DNA of 64,000 nucleotides from Spirochaetota bacterium (GCA_025457965.1 JALOTJ010000001.1:1271-65270); one strand, 5' to 3'; shown: positions 9,686 to 19,443, numbered from the stretch's first letter. Translations and numbers: made by a program. Notes: a model not told the origin generated them from the sequence alone.

Positions 9686-10225
9686 TCAGCATGTTATCTT
9701 CCATTCGCAATACAGTCCGCACCCCAGCGTTTCCGGCGGTATCCTTACCGGTACCGCTTTCATGTTCGGATTAAAGTACGCGGTCTGGAAATCCATCATG
9801 CGCTGTTCAATTACCCGGCAGAAATTTTGCTCGCGGCCCTCGCCTTCCTTCACCAGTGCGTCAATAGTCGGACAACTTGTCGCCCGCATTATCCCATGGC
9901 TCCTGGATAACAGTTCGAGCTCCATGCGAATATTGCCCGCCCAGGCCATGAGCTGGGAGGCTTTGAAAAAGGCCTCGACGTCGTTACCGGTGATATTGAA
10001 CATCCGGGTGAGGTGTTTGAGCTCATAGCGCATGTGCTTTTCCCATACCCAGAGGTCCATCTCCATCGCTATCTCGTTGCCGAAGCGTTCTTTGGCCGCA
10101 AGGTACCAGAATCCATCCACCGCCAGAAACATCTTGCGGTAAAGATCGAGGCCTTTCAGTCTCATCTCTTCGCTGAAGGAGTCCCAGGTTAAATCCGGCC
10201 TGAATTCGCCGGCGTAATCAGTCAT
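9686..10225 (-). CDS. DUF6125-like protein of unknown function
   Basis: FLAVDGFWYLAAKERFG..A..MD..VW pattern and conserved-looking Cys (SCP, FC, YCEW). Confidence 0.65.
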   Translation of the reverse strand: MTDYAGEFRPDLTWDSFSEEMRLKGLDLYRKMFLAVDGFWYLAAKERFGNEIAMEMDLWVWEKHMRYELKHLTRMFNITGNDVEAFFKASQLMAWAGNIRMELELLSRSHGIMRATSCPTIDALVKEGEGREQNFCRVIEQRMMDFQTAYFNPNMKAVPVRIPPETLGCGLYCEWKITC

Positions 10226-10280
10226 GCCCCCCATCTCATCCTCCGATGTTTGCATATTCCCCGGGGAATCTCGCTTATTT

Positions 10281-11299
10281 TTATACGCCCTTCAACCCCA
10301 CCGATTTGCTGATAATATTTTTCTGTATCTGGGTGGTCCCACCGCCGATGGAGAGAATCAGAATATCGCGAAGGTATCGCTGCATATCATAATCCATGGA
10401 AGAGCCGTCCGGACCGAGAATATTGACGCCCTGTCTGATGATGTTTTTACTCGTTTCCGCGGCGAAATACTTGCACATCGAGGTCTCTTTGGTCGGCGAG
10501 TACCCGGCGGCCTCTTTCCAGGCCGTGGCATAGGCGAAGGTCCGGGCCACCTCCAGCTCGGTGGCCATCTTTGCCAGGGTGTGCTGAATCGCCTGGGTAT
10601 CGGCCAGGGGATTGCCGCGCTGCAGCTTAGCGATCGCGTATTCGAGGGCGTCTTCATACGCCGCCTGGGCCATTCCGATCGCGCACGCGGACAGCACGAG
10701 CCGCTCCTGGTTCAGCAGCTTCATCTCCTGCTTCCAGCCATTATTGAGCCCCTTTTCCTGCCCGCCAAGTATGTACTGGGGCAACACCTTTACGCTGTCG
10801 TAATACACCTCGCAGGTATTCGACCCGTGATAGCCCAGCTTGTCGATCTCCTTTGTCGAGTATCCCTCCTGCTTCGTGTCCACGATAAACGACGTGATGC
10901 CGCCGTATTTCGACGGGCTCGTGCGGGCGAAGGTTATCGTGTATCGCCCCTGGTCAACTTCGGCAGGAACTCCTTCTTCTGTTCCGGGCTGCCGTTCACC
11001 GATATTATTTCATTTCCGTACAGGAGTATGTTCCCCAGGGACCAGCAGAGAACCGGCAGTCTTCTGGATATCTCTTCGAATATTATCATGAGATCGAAGA
11101 TATCCCCATCCATACCCCCATATTCCCCGGAGATATTAATTCCGCAGAGACCCATATCGACGAACTTCCTGACCAGGTCCATGGGAAATTTGCCTTCACG
11201 GTCTACTTCACGGGCCTTCTCGCGAGGGATTTCCCTCTCGACATAACTCCGTACACGCTCCCGCAGCTGGTCCTGTTTTTCACTGAATTTGAAATCCAC
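10281..11299 (-). pseudogene. Acyl-CoA dehydrogenase split by an internal deletion and frameshift
   Basis: N-part (10934-11299) ends KLTRGDTR*; another frame resumes YTITFART...FIVD...ERL...GGGTTQIQKNII at ~10943; the TEP/GSD and NGxK segment is missing. Confidence 0.85.
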
Positions 11300-11355
11300 G
11301 ATTACTATCTCCTTGCGATCACTCGCATGATCTGATCTATTTCCAATGCGTACTG

Positions 11356-11811
11356 CTACGCCCCGGACGATTTGCGGTACATGAGAAATTTCATGTCGAA
11401 GACCATTACCGTTTCTTCGCGCTGATTTTTGATCGTATACCTCCAGGTCTGCATGCCCTGGGTCGGCTTGCCCGTCTCTCGCCTGTCCACGACCTCAACA
11501 TTGTTGGTAATCGTATCGCCGATCTTCACGGGAGCGAGCATTTTCATGCCATCGACTCCCATCCAGGCGATTATCGAGCCTCCTTCCACCCTGGCGAGCC
11601 CGGCCATTCCGACCGCCATCCCGAAAATGAGAGGTCCATGGGCCACGCGCTCCTTCATCGGCGACCTGGCGGCAAACTCCCTGTCCATGTGAAGCGGATA
11701 AAAATCCATAGTCAGGCCCGCCCAGTTCACGATGTGGGTTTCGGTTACCGTTATTGAGGGGGTCTTAAAGGTGAATCCTGTGTCGAAATCATCCCAATAT
11801 TTATCCGGCAT
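11356..11811 (-). CDS. MaoC-family (R)-specific enoyl-CoA hydratase/dehydratase
   Basis: D-x4-H motif DFYPLH and AHGPL; hot-dog fold size. Confidence 0.88.
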   Translation of the reverse strand: MPDKYWDDFDTGFTFKTPSITVTETHIVNWAGLTMDFYPLHMDREFAARSPMKERVAHGPLIFGMAVGMAGLARVEGGSIIAWMGVDGMKMLAPVKIGDTITNNVEVVDRRETGKPTQGMQTWRYTIKNQREETVMVFDMKFLMYRKSSGA

Positions 11812-11857
11812 CGCTTTCTCCTTGATCCTGCGGATTTACCAGGCGACCGTTCAATCA

Positions 11858-12280
11858 TCACTTCAACGCAACGGGCCTGAATTTCGGCAATGTAATATCG
11901 TCATTGAGCTTTTCGAACACGACTTCCACGGGCATATCGCAACGCACATCCACGGGATCGCACCCGACGATATTGCTCAGCATCTGCACCCCTTTCTCCT
12001 GAAGTTTGACGATGGCGATCACGTATGGCATATCGTCGACGAACGCCGAAGGGCAATTGCTCTCCACCACCGTATATGAGTAGACGGTGCCTTTGCCGGA
12101 CGACTGGACCCATTCCAGATCATCCGAAAAGCAACTGATGCACGCGATCCTCGGATAAAAAATATTGGTGCCGCACGACCTGCACCGCTGATACACGAGC
12201 CTGCCTTCGCGGGCCGCCTCCCAGAATGGTTTCACCCAGGGATTTACCACCGGCGACGGTTTTTTAGGTTTATCCATCAT
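11858..12280 (-). CDS. DUF35 Zn-ribbon/OB-fold protein
   Basis: PFWEAAREGRLVYQRCRSCG...YPRIACISC and GKGTVYSYTVV. Confidence 0.92.
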   Translation of the reverse strand: MMDKPKKPSPVVNPWVKPFWEAAREGRLVYQRCRSCGTNIFYPRIACISCFSDDLEWVQSSGKGTVYSYTVVESNCPSAFVDDMPYVIAIVKLQEKGVQMLSNIVGCDPVDVRCDMPVEVVFEKLNDDITLPKFRPVALK

Positions 12281-12293
12281 ATGCCTCCTCTTG

Positions 12294-13478
12294 TCACGGA
12301 ATCTCGGTTCCCAGGATGGTCACCTGCGCGTCCATGTACGTACCTCCCGTGGCCGTTTCCAGTGCGAAGCGGGCGTTCTTTACCTGCCTGTCGCCCGCCT
12401 TGCCCATAAGCTGGCGGACGGTTTCGACCATCAGCGCCACCGCTCCTCCTGCGCCGGTATGTCCCTGGGAGAGCATGCCGCCGTTCGTCGTACAGGGGAT
12501 TTTCCCCCCCGGCCAGGTGTCACCGTTGATAAACATTTTGCCACCCTGTCCCCGTTCGGCGAAACCGAGCTCTTCAAACCCTATCAGCTGATAAATGGGG
12601 TAGGAGTCATATATCTCGGCCACGTCGATTTCCCTGGGCGTAATTCCGGCCATTTCGAAGGCCATTTTCCCCGCCTTCGCCCATCCGAAGCGACTGACGT
12701 CCGGCTCCTGGGAGTAAACAAAATGCGTTACGGTTCCCCCTTCCCCGAGGAGATAGACCGGCCGGTCCGTGATATCCCGGGCCCGCTCGGCCGATGTGAC
12801 AATGAACGCGGCCCCGCCGTCGAACAGCATGTTCGACATCTTGGCCCGAAGCGGCGTGGACAGCATCTTGCTGGCCATCACCTCTTCAATGGTGAGGGGC
12901 TTTCTAAAGAAGGCGTTCGGATTGAGTTCCGCCCATTTGCGGTTCGAGACACAGATCGAGGCAAGCTCCTCGTCCGTGGTCCCGGTCTCGTACTTGTAGC
13001 GGTTTGTGGCAAGGGCCGCGATGGCCGAATAGTGCTGTCCGTACGGGACCTCCCATTCGCTCGAAATACCCGCCGTGGAAAACAGATCGATGCCGCCCTG
13101 GAGGCTCACGCCGGTGCCCAGCTTGTCCGCGTGGACGAACAGCACCGTCGAGGCGCCGCCGCTGTTTATGAGGCTCGCGGCGATCTCGAGCGCGCAGGTG
13201 CTGCTCGATCCGCCCGCGAAGATCTGTGCGTTCCTTTTGACGTTTTTCAGGCCCAGCTCCTCCACCACCCGGCATGTTACCAGCTCGGTATTGAAGGCCG
13301 GGCTGAAAAGCGCCGCGGTGGGCAGCACATAGTCTATGTCTTCCTTGTTGATGCCGGCGTCCCGTATCGCCATCTTTGCCGATTCGATCGCATAGCTGAT
13401 CGCGCCCGCCTCGGGGTACCTTCCGGTCGGGATTTCTCCTATGCCGACAAACGCGATCTTTCCCTTGAGGTTGCTCAT
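12294..13478 (-). CDS. SCP2-type thiolase-family protein lacking the nucleophilic Cys (aldolase-like)
   Basis: Thiolase fold motifs DGGAAFIVTS and NGGMLSQGH; AGGSSS where CxxG is expected, YDSY where HDCF is expected. Confidence 0.85.
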   Translation of the reverse strand: MSNLKGKIAFVGIGEIPTGRYPEAGAISYAIESAKMAIRDAGINKEDIDYVLPTAALFSPAFNTELVTCRVVEELGLKNVKRNAQIFAGGSSSTCALEIAASLINSGGASTVLFVHADKLGTGVSLQGGIDLFSTAGISSEWEVPYGQHYSAIAALATNRYKYETGTTDEELASICVSNRKWAELNPNAFFRKPLTIEEVMASKMLSTPLRAKMSNMLFDGGAAFIVTSAERARDITDRPVYLLGEGGTVTHFVYSQEPDVSRFGWAKAGKMAFEMAGITPREIDVAEIYDSYPIYQLIGFEELGFAERGQGGKMFINGDTWPGGKIPCTTNGGMLSQGHTGAGGAVALMVETVRQLMGKAGDRQVKNARFALETATGGTYMDAQVTILGTEIP

Positions 13479-13511
13479 GATATCCTCCCAGTCGATTGTT
13501 GCCGCCGCGGT

Positions 13512-14720
13512 TTATGCCCCATGCTTGCCCAGAATCGCGATACTGCACACGTTCATGAAGGGGAAGCCCCCGAGGTTATGGGTAAGCCCGAACCGCGGAT
13601 CCTTGAGCTGCCGCTTGTCCGCACGATTGAGCAGCTGTAAATACATCTCGTAGATCATGCGCATGCCTGACGCGCCGATCGGGTGTCCGAAACATTTTAG
13701 TCCACCGTCGATCTGGCAGGGAATTTTCCCGGTCGCATCGTAAAAGCCGTCCATGATGTCCTTCGGCGCCTTCCCCCGTTCGGAAATGTGCAGGTCTTCC
13801 ATGGTGACCAGCTCGGTGATCGAGAAACAGTCATGCACCTCGATCATGCTGAGCTCTTCCCGCGGATTTTTTATCCCCGCTTCCTTGTACGCGAGGGCGC
13901 TCGCCTTGTCGGTGGTCGTGAAATATGAGCCGTCCCACTGATTGTACGACATCTCTTCCCCGTTGCTGAGGGCCGTCTGCAGGGCCTTGACCGTTACGAT
14001 GTCCTTCTTCCCGAGGCTTTTTGCGATCTCGGGCGTGGTGACAATCGCGCAGGAGCTTCCATCGCTCACGCCGCAGCAGTCGAACAGGCCGAGCGGATAG
14101 GCCACCATGGGAGAATTGAGCACGGCCTCCTCGGTGACCGGGTTGCGCAGATGCGCCTTGGGGTTCAGCGCCCCGTTGGCATGGCTCTTCACCGAAACAT
14201 GCGCCATGGCCTTCTTTATGTCTTCCATAGGTATGCCGTACTTGGCCGAATACGCGCTGGCCAGCATGGCGAAACAGCCGGGAGCGGTCATGTTCGGAAA
14301 CCACAACTGGTTGGTGAGCCCCATGCCCGATCCGAAATCCGGCAGACCCGCGTATCCTATGTCCTTGAGTTTCTCGACCCCTATGGCAAGGCAGATGTCG
14401 TACGCGCCCGATGCCACCGCGTATACCGCGCCCCTGAAGGCCTCCGTGCCGCTCGCGCAGTAATTCTCGGTGCGCGTCACGCCGATTTTCGGCAGCCGCA
14501 GGGCTATCGCCGGGGGCAATCCGCTTTTACCCACGTTCACTTCATCGAGACACGAGCCGAACCACGCGGCCTCGATTTGCTTTTTATCAATCCCGGCGTC
14601 CGATATGCACTCCTGGAAGGCTTCCACCATCAACTCTTCCGATCCGCAATCCCATCGCTCGCCGAACCTGGTGCATCCCATTCCGATAATTGCGACCTTG
14701 TCTTTTATACCAGTTCCCAT
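13512..14720 (-). CDS. Acetyl-CoA acetyltransferase (SCP2/archaeal-type thiolase)
   Basis: ENYCASG, EVHDCF and GHPIGASG catalytic motifs intact. Confidence 0.92.
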   Translation of the reverse strand: MGTGIKDKVAIIGMGCTRFGERWDCGSEELMVEAFQECISDAGIDKKQIEAAWFGSCLDEVNVGKSGLPPAIALRLPKIGVTRTENYCASGTEAFRGAVYAVASGAYDICLAIGVEKLKDIGYAGLPDFGSGMGLTNQLWFPNMTAPGCFAMLASAYSAKYGIPMEDIKKAMAHVSVKSHANGALNPKAHLRNPVTEEAVLNSPMVAYPLGLFDCCGVSDGSSCAIVTTPEIAKSLGKKDIVTVKALQTALSNGEEMSYNQWDGSYFTTTDKASALAYKEAGIKNPREELSMIEVHDCFSITELVTMEDLHISERGKAPKDIMDGFYDATGKIPCQIDGGLKCFGHPIGASGMRMIYEMYLQLLNRADKRQLKDPRFGLTHNLGGFPFMNVCSIAILGKHGA

Positions 14721-14731
14721 TGTATCCCCCT

Positions 14732-16189
14732 TTATCCCACGATTTCCGGGACGGCTTTCCAGAAATAGCCCCTGAATCCACGCATATCATCCTTGAGCCT
14801 GAGCCGGAAAGCCATAGTGACCGGCAGCCCCACCTTGACGTCGTCCAGCGCGCAATCGGTGAAATCAGCGAGCATCCGTCCGCCATCGGCGAAGGTGACA
14901 ATCCCATAGACTGCCGGCGGATCGATGGAGGCGGCAAGCATATCGCCGGTATACATGAGCACGCTGGCCTTCTTGTCCGTGAACTCATACGGATCCATTT
15001 CGCCTACCGCGTTGCATTCGGGATTGACGCACATCGGGGTGAATACGAACTGGGGGGTGCCGCACTTTCTGCACTTCCCGCCCACCAGGCCGATGAATTT
15101 CTTGCGGTTCCGCCACAGAACGGTCAGCGAAGTGTTCGGCGTAACCTCCCCGCGGATACCGAGGTCGCTTTCGCCGAGTTGCCTGAACGTGATAAACTTT
15201 TCGTAGCTCGTGAGCACCCGTTTGACCGCGAGGTGTCCCTTCACTCCCCTTGGGCCCTTGAAAGAGGCGAGTTTGTCGGTCGCCTTGAAGCACAGCACGT
15301 CACAGCCCTGCCCGAACCCGGCAAGCAGTATTTTGTCGCCCGGTTTCGCCGTTTCAAGCGCGGCCACGAGCATCAGCAGCGGATGCGCGGCGCCGGTATC
15401 TCCGCAGAGCTCGTGCATCGGGCTCTGCAGCTGTTCCGGGGTTATCCCGAGTTTTTTGGCTATCCCGTTATGGGTGGCCGCAAAATAACAAGGGTACACG
15501 ATTTTGGCGAAATCGCCGATCGCCATTTTGGTCTTCTTCAAAAAACCCGCAACCGCCTGGGGGATGATCTTGCCGAAGCCCTCGTCCCTTATCCAGCGCT
15601 CTTCCCAGCCGTAGTCGAACTCCTTGCCGGCGCCCCTGTAATGAGCGATGAAATCGCAGTTAATCGAATGACTGTCGATAAACTCGGCAATCACATCATC
15701 GCCTCCCAGGAGCAGCGCCGCCGCGCCGTCGCCCAGGTACATCTCGGACATGGTCGCCATCTTGGTCTTGCGCGTGTCGGCGGCGGCCACCAGCGCGCAT
15801 TTTTTATCGCCGGATTTCAGCGCCGAAAGGCCCGATATGAGCGCCGTGGTTCCGGCCTTCTGGCTCCCCGTGAAGTCGGCGCACGTGGTGCCCTCCTCGT
15901 TCACGTTGATCGCCGTGGCCAGAATGTCCGAATTGAGCCTGTCGGAAAACGGCATGGTGGTCGAGGCCATATACACCGCATCGACCTTCTTCCTGTCCTT
16001 CCCCTGCGCGCAGTCGATGGCGGCCGCCACGGCCATGGTAAGCGTGTCCTCGTCCCAGTTCGCCACCGATTTCTCTCCCTTGGCGGCGCCGAATATGACC
16101 GGCTGGTACCACGCCATGGTCTTCGCGATGATTTTACGTTCTATCCTGAGGCGGGGGATATATCCCCCGTACGATGTTATACCGATCAT
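14732..16189 (-). CDS. HMG-CoA-synthase-like protein fused to a C-terminal DUF35 (Zn-ribbon/OB-fold)
   Basis: GITSYGGYIPRLRI, DEDTLTMAV and GDGAAA; C-terminal CRKCG...MCVNPEC plus OB-fold. Confidence 0.88.
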   Translation of the reverse strand: MIGITSYGGYIPRLRIERKIIAKTMAWYQPVIFGAAKGEKSVANWDEDTLTMAVAAAIDCAQGKDRKKVDAVYMASTTMPFSDRLNSDILATAINVNEEGTTCADFTGSQKAGTTALISGLSALKSGDKKCALVAAADTRKTKMATMSEMYLGDGAAALLLGGDDVIAEFIDSHSINCDFIAHYRGAGKEFDYGWEERWIRDEGFGKIIPQAVAGFLKKTKMAIGDFAKIVYPCYFAATHNGIAKKLGITPEQLQSPMHELCGDTGAAHPLLMLVAALETAKPGDKILLAGFGQGCDVLCFKATDKLASFKGPRGVKGHLAVKRVLTSYEKFITFRQLGESDLGIRGEVTPNTSLTVLWRNRKKFIGLVGGKCRKCGTPQFVFTPMCVNPECNAVGEMDPYEFTDKKASVLMYTGDMLAASIDPPAVYGIVTFADGGRMLADFTDCALDDVKVGLPVTMAFRLRLKDDMRGFRGYFWKAVPEIVG

Positions 16190-16198
16190 ATAATCCCC

Positions 16199-17644
16199 CT
16201 ATTTCTTTATCCCGGCCATGTCCTCGACGAGTTTCTTCGATTTGGCGATGATCTTTTTCGCTTCCATGAGAATTGTCATGCGCTCGGCGAACGGGGAGCC
16301 TTCTCCGTGCAGGCAGATCGTCTCGAGGTCACCTGCCGTCAGACGCCTTACCAGGTCGAACATGCGCAGCCGGTTCTCGGTGGAAACCTCGGGATTCGCC
16401 TGGAGATATTTTTCAATATCAGCGTGGGTTTCCGGGTTCTGCCAGTCGCGATATGTCGGCGCGGTGACGAGAAGGCCACCGGCGAGGTCCTGGATGATTT
16501 CCACGATCTTGTGATAGTTATGCGCGAAGTGATATTTCGCGATGTTGGTAGTGATCGGGTTCGGCACCGGTATCCCCGCGTGCATGACATAATCCAGACA
16601 TGCAGAACGCGACAGCGCGGTAAGGGTCTCAAGGTAAATGACGATCTCGGTGATCTTCTCCTTGACGTGCGGCGCGCCGGAAATGCCGTTATAGTCGGCG
16701 ATGGCGACGGCGATCCCAAGGAGTTGCTCGCTCATCGGTATACGATAGGCGCAGCCCGTTCTGCGGTGCATGAGGGCGAAATTATACACGCAGGTGGCGG
16801 CAACCTGCCACTCTCCGCAGAGGAAAACCCTGTCCCACGGTACAAAGACATCGTCAAAGATTATAAGCGAGTCGGTGTGCATCCTCCGAAGCTCGCTTCC
16901 AACGGGAAACTCATCGACGCTTATTCTGCCATGGAACGGGCGCACAATCTGGCGTATGCCTTTGGCATTGGCCGGAACGGCAACGGCCACCGCGTAGTCA
17001 CTGTCCTCGGGACCGCTCAGCGCGCGACACGGGATGGCGAAAAATTCATGGCAATAGGCGGCGCCTGTAATGTGAACCTTCGCGCCCCGGAGAACTATGC
17101 CATCCTTACGCTTCTCGACGATACGCAGGTTGAAATCAGGGTGCGCCTGTTTCGGATCCGATGGCCGAAGATGACGGTCACCCTTCACGTCGGTCACGCC
17201 CGCGACCACGCACTTGTCGGTCTTCTGAAGATACTTGCGATACTTCTCTATCCGCTCCAGATAAACCTTGCCGGCATCTCCGAGACTACGGGCTGTTATT
17301 GCGATCGCGTTCATCGCGTCGGCGCCGATATCGTGCGCAAGCGGAATATAGCCGTCGCCCAACTCGGTGGCCTTGATGATCAGATCAAGGTGCTTGAGTA
17401 GATCCTCGCCGTTCTTGGGCACATAATAATAACGGCTGATATTCTCGCCAAGCTCCTCATCATACACAAGCGCCAGATCTTTGTACTGCGGGTCCTCGGA
17501 CATATGATAATCGACGGCCACGGTTTCCACACAGGCTTTAAGATCCGGATCTTCGGCGACGTTTTCGATCTTCCTGCCCTTGTAGTATACAATTCTTCCG
17601 TCGTTTAAACTTGTCTTATATTCTTCCGGCGTCATTAAACCCAT
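16199..17644 (-). CDS. 4-hydroxybutyryl-CoA dehydratase / HpaB-family flavoprotein
   Basis: MTPEEYKTSL, TDVKGDRHLRP, GIVLRGAKVHITG, FDDVFVPWDRVF and HGEGSP motifs. Confidence 0.88.
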   Translation of the reverse strand: MGLMTPEEYKTSLNDGRIVYYKGRKIENVAEDPDLKACVETVAVDYHMSEDPQYKDLALVYDEELGENISRYYYVPKNGEDLLKHLDLIIKATELGDGYIPLAHDIGADAMNAIAITARSLGDAGKVYLERIEKYRKYLQKTDKCVVAGVTDVKGDRHLRPSDPKQAHPDFNLRIVEKRKDGIVLRGAKVHITGAAYCHEFFAIPCRALSGPEDSDYAVAVAVPANAKGIRQIVRPFHGRISVDEFPVGSELRRMHTDSLIIFDDVFVPWDRVFLCGEWQVAATCVYNFALMHRRTGCAYRIPMSEQLLGIAVAIADYNGISGAPHVKEKITEIVIYLETLTALSRSACLDYVMHAGIPVPNPITTNIAKYHFAHNYHKIVEIIQDLAGGLLVTAPTYRDWQNPETHADIEKYLQANPEVSTENRLRMFDLVRRLTAGDLETICLHGEGSPFAERMTILMEAKKIIAKSKKLVEDMAGIKK

Positions 17645-17696
17645 GATTATAACCTCTTCCCTGTCAGGTTGTTACAGCATCGTTCGTCTGTACTCG

Positions 17697-17730
17697 GGGG
17701 CGCGGCATGCACCCGCATGCCGTTCGCCCC
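17697..17730. other. Intra-operon stem-loop
   Basis: GGGGCG-CGGCATGC-ACCC-GCATGCCG-TT-CGCCCC between two co-oriented genes. Confidence 0.45.
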
Positions 17731-17752
17731 TGTCAGCCCTGCCTGCCGCATT

Positions 17753-19378
17753 CTACCAGTTCTTAATCCTTGCCGGCATGGCACGGTGATATGGCTTGAA
17801 GACCTTTTCTTCCATGCTGGATCCCATCATGCTGTCCACGCAAAGCGCCGCGCTCAATGCCGCCGCATCCACGCCGCAACCCCACAGGCGCTCGCCGTAC
17901 TGGTCGCCGGCGAAATACAGGCCATCGACCATCTGGGATTTAACATCGATCCGATCGTATCCGATCGGCTGGATCCAGGCAAAGGCGTGGTCGCTGCACA
18001 TCCACAGCATGAAGTCCATATCAGAATTCCACTTGTCGGCGCCGAAGGTCCTCTTCCACCAGTTCTCATTCCATTCCATCACCCGGGAGACCTTGTGCGG
18101 GTTCCGCATTTCCTCATGCGTCATGGCGGTTGAGAATATCCAGCCGTGCCTGTCCTCGGGCGCGGCCCCGGTCTCCTTGGTCAGACCGGGATTGGAATTG
18201 CTGCCCTTAGCCGTAGAGGCCAGGTTCCACAACACCATGTCAACGCATCCGCTGTAGCCTTCCTCCGCTCCGATGATATCCGGCATGTATATGAAGCTTC
18301 TTTCCTCGATGCCCTTCGCCGCCCAGACATCCGACTTCATGTTGCCGAACCCGGTAATCATGCCTGCCCCCCAGAATTCCTTCTGGACCCGGTCGACCAA
18401 CTCCTGAGGGAAGTAACGGGGATGGATCACATTCAGCATCTGCTTGGAGGGTATATTGCAGACCACCTTATCGGCATAGACCGTTTTTATACCGTCCGCG
18501 GTCTGATACGTTACGCCCTTAACCGCGCTGTTCTCGATGATCACCTCAACGACATTGGCGTTTCGCTGCACCTTTCCGCCCTTTTCATTCAGAACCTGCT
18601 CCATTAAAAGGGCGAATGAGATGGTGCCGGGATTGGCGACGGTGGCGCATGAGCCCTCAACCAGGTTCATCTTGATGTCGCCCGCGATGCACATATGGCC
18701 AAGTACGTCCGGCGCCGGGGTCATTCTAAGATCGGCCTGGCCCGTCTGGGACGCCGCAAGGACCTTTATGTAGTCATAGGCTTCCTTGTGTACGTTTCTC
18801 GCCTGCAGCCACTCCTCGAAAGACATATGCGCCGTCTGCGCAACATCATGGAATGTCATGGTGGCCATGTCCCTGAGGGCCCTCATGGTCGACTTGAAGC
18901 CCTCCGGGCTCATCCACCCGTATGGTTCGCCCTTGCCCACCTGATAGGCCTTGTTGCCTTTCTTGCAATCGACAAAAGCGAAGCCGACATTGCAGGGCAT
19001 ATCGACCGGTTTCTCGAGATAGTCCATCAGGTTGCGGATTTTGCCCTTATTGCCCCAGAACAGGCCGTGTCCGGTATCGAGCGTGGTGCCGTCGAACAGG
19101 CCCTTTTCGAAGCAGGTAGTGAGGTCCGGCGTACATTTCGGCACCCACGCGCCGATCAGGCCGAGGGCGCGCCTGAAACCGTTGGCGTCCAGCTCGAGCC
19201 CGTCGATGCTTACCTTGTTTCCCTTGCCGACAAACGACGCCAGACGCCCGCCGATAAACGGGGCCTTCTCGAGGACAAGCACCTTCTGATTGAAGTCCTT
19301 CGCGAGCAGGGCCGCGGAACCGAGTCCCGCCACACCGGAGCCGATGATGATAACATCATATTGTTTTTCTTTTGCCAT
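17753..19378 (-). CDS. FAD-dependent oxidoreductase, phytoene desaturase/CrtI-like superfamily
   Basis: YDVIIIGSGVAGL...VLEKAPFIGGR, ADKVVCN and DGLYFAGDQ...GVDAAALS. Confidence 0.8.
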   Translation of the reverse strand: MAKEKQYDVIIIGSGVAGLGSAALLAKDFNQKVLVLEKAPFIGGRLASFVGKGNKVSIDGLELDANGFRRALGLIGAWVPKCTPDLTTCFEKGLFDGTTLDTGHGLFWGNKGKIRNLMDYLEKPVDMPCNVGFAFVDCKKGNKAYQVGKGEPYGWMSPEGFKSTMRALRDMATMTFHDVAQTAHMSFEEWLQARNVHKEAYDYIKVLAASQTGQADLRMTPAPDVLGHMCIAGDIKMNLVEGSCATVANPGTISFALLMEQVLNEKGGKVQRNANVVEVIIENSAVKGVTYQTADGIKTVYADKVVCNIPSKQMLNVIHPRYFPQELVDRVQKEFWGAGMITGFGNMKSDVWAAKGIEERSFIYMPDIIGAEEGYSGCVDMVLWNLASTAKGSNSNPGLTKETGAAPEDRHGWIFSTAMTHEEMRNPHKVSRVMEWNENWWKRTFGADKWNSDMDFMLWMCSDHAFAWIQPIGYDRIDVKSQMVDGLYFAGDQYGERLWGCGVDAAALSAALCVDSMMGSSMEEKVFKPYHRAMPARIKNW

Positions 19379-19443
19379 TTTCGATCACCTTTATGTTCTT
19401 CAAGTAGTTATACGAATACCGCACTCAAATGTTTTCCCGCATC

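Noticed and set aside
14690..17401. 903-aa plus-strand ORF (also 12291-13640, 22196-24157, 27462-28739 and minus-strand 47938-49242)
   Set aside because: Antisense shadows of well-supported genes in GC-rich DNA; R/H/G-rich with no motifs
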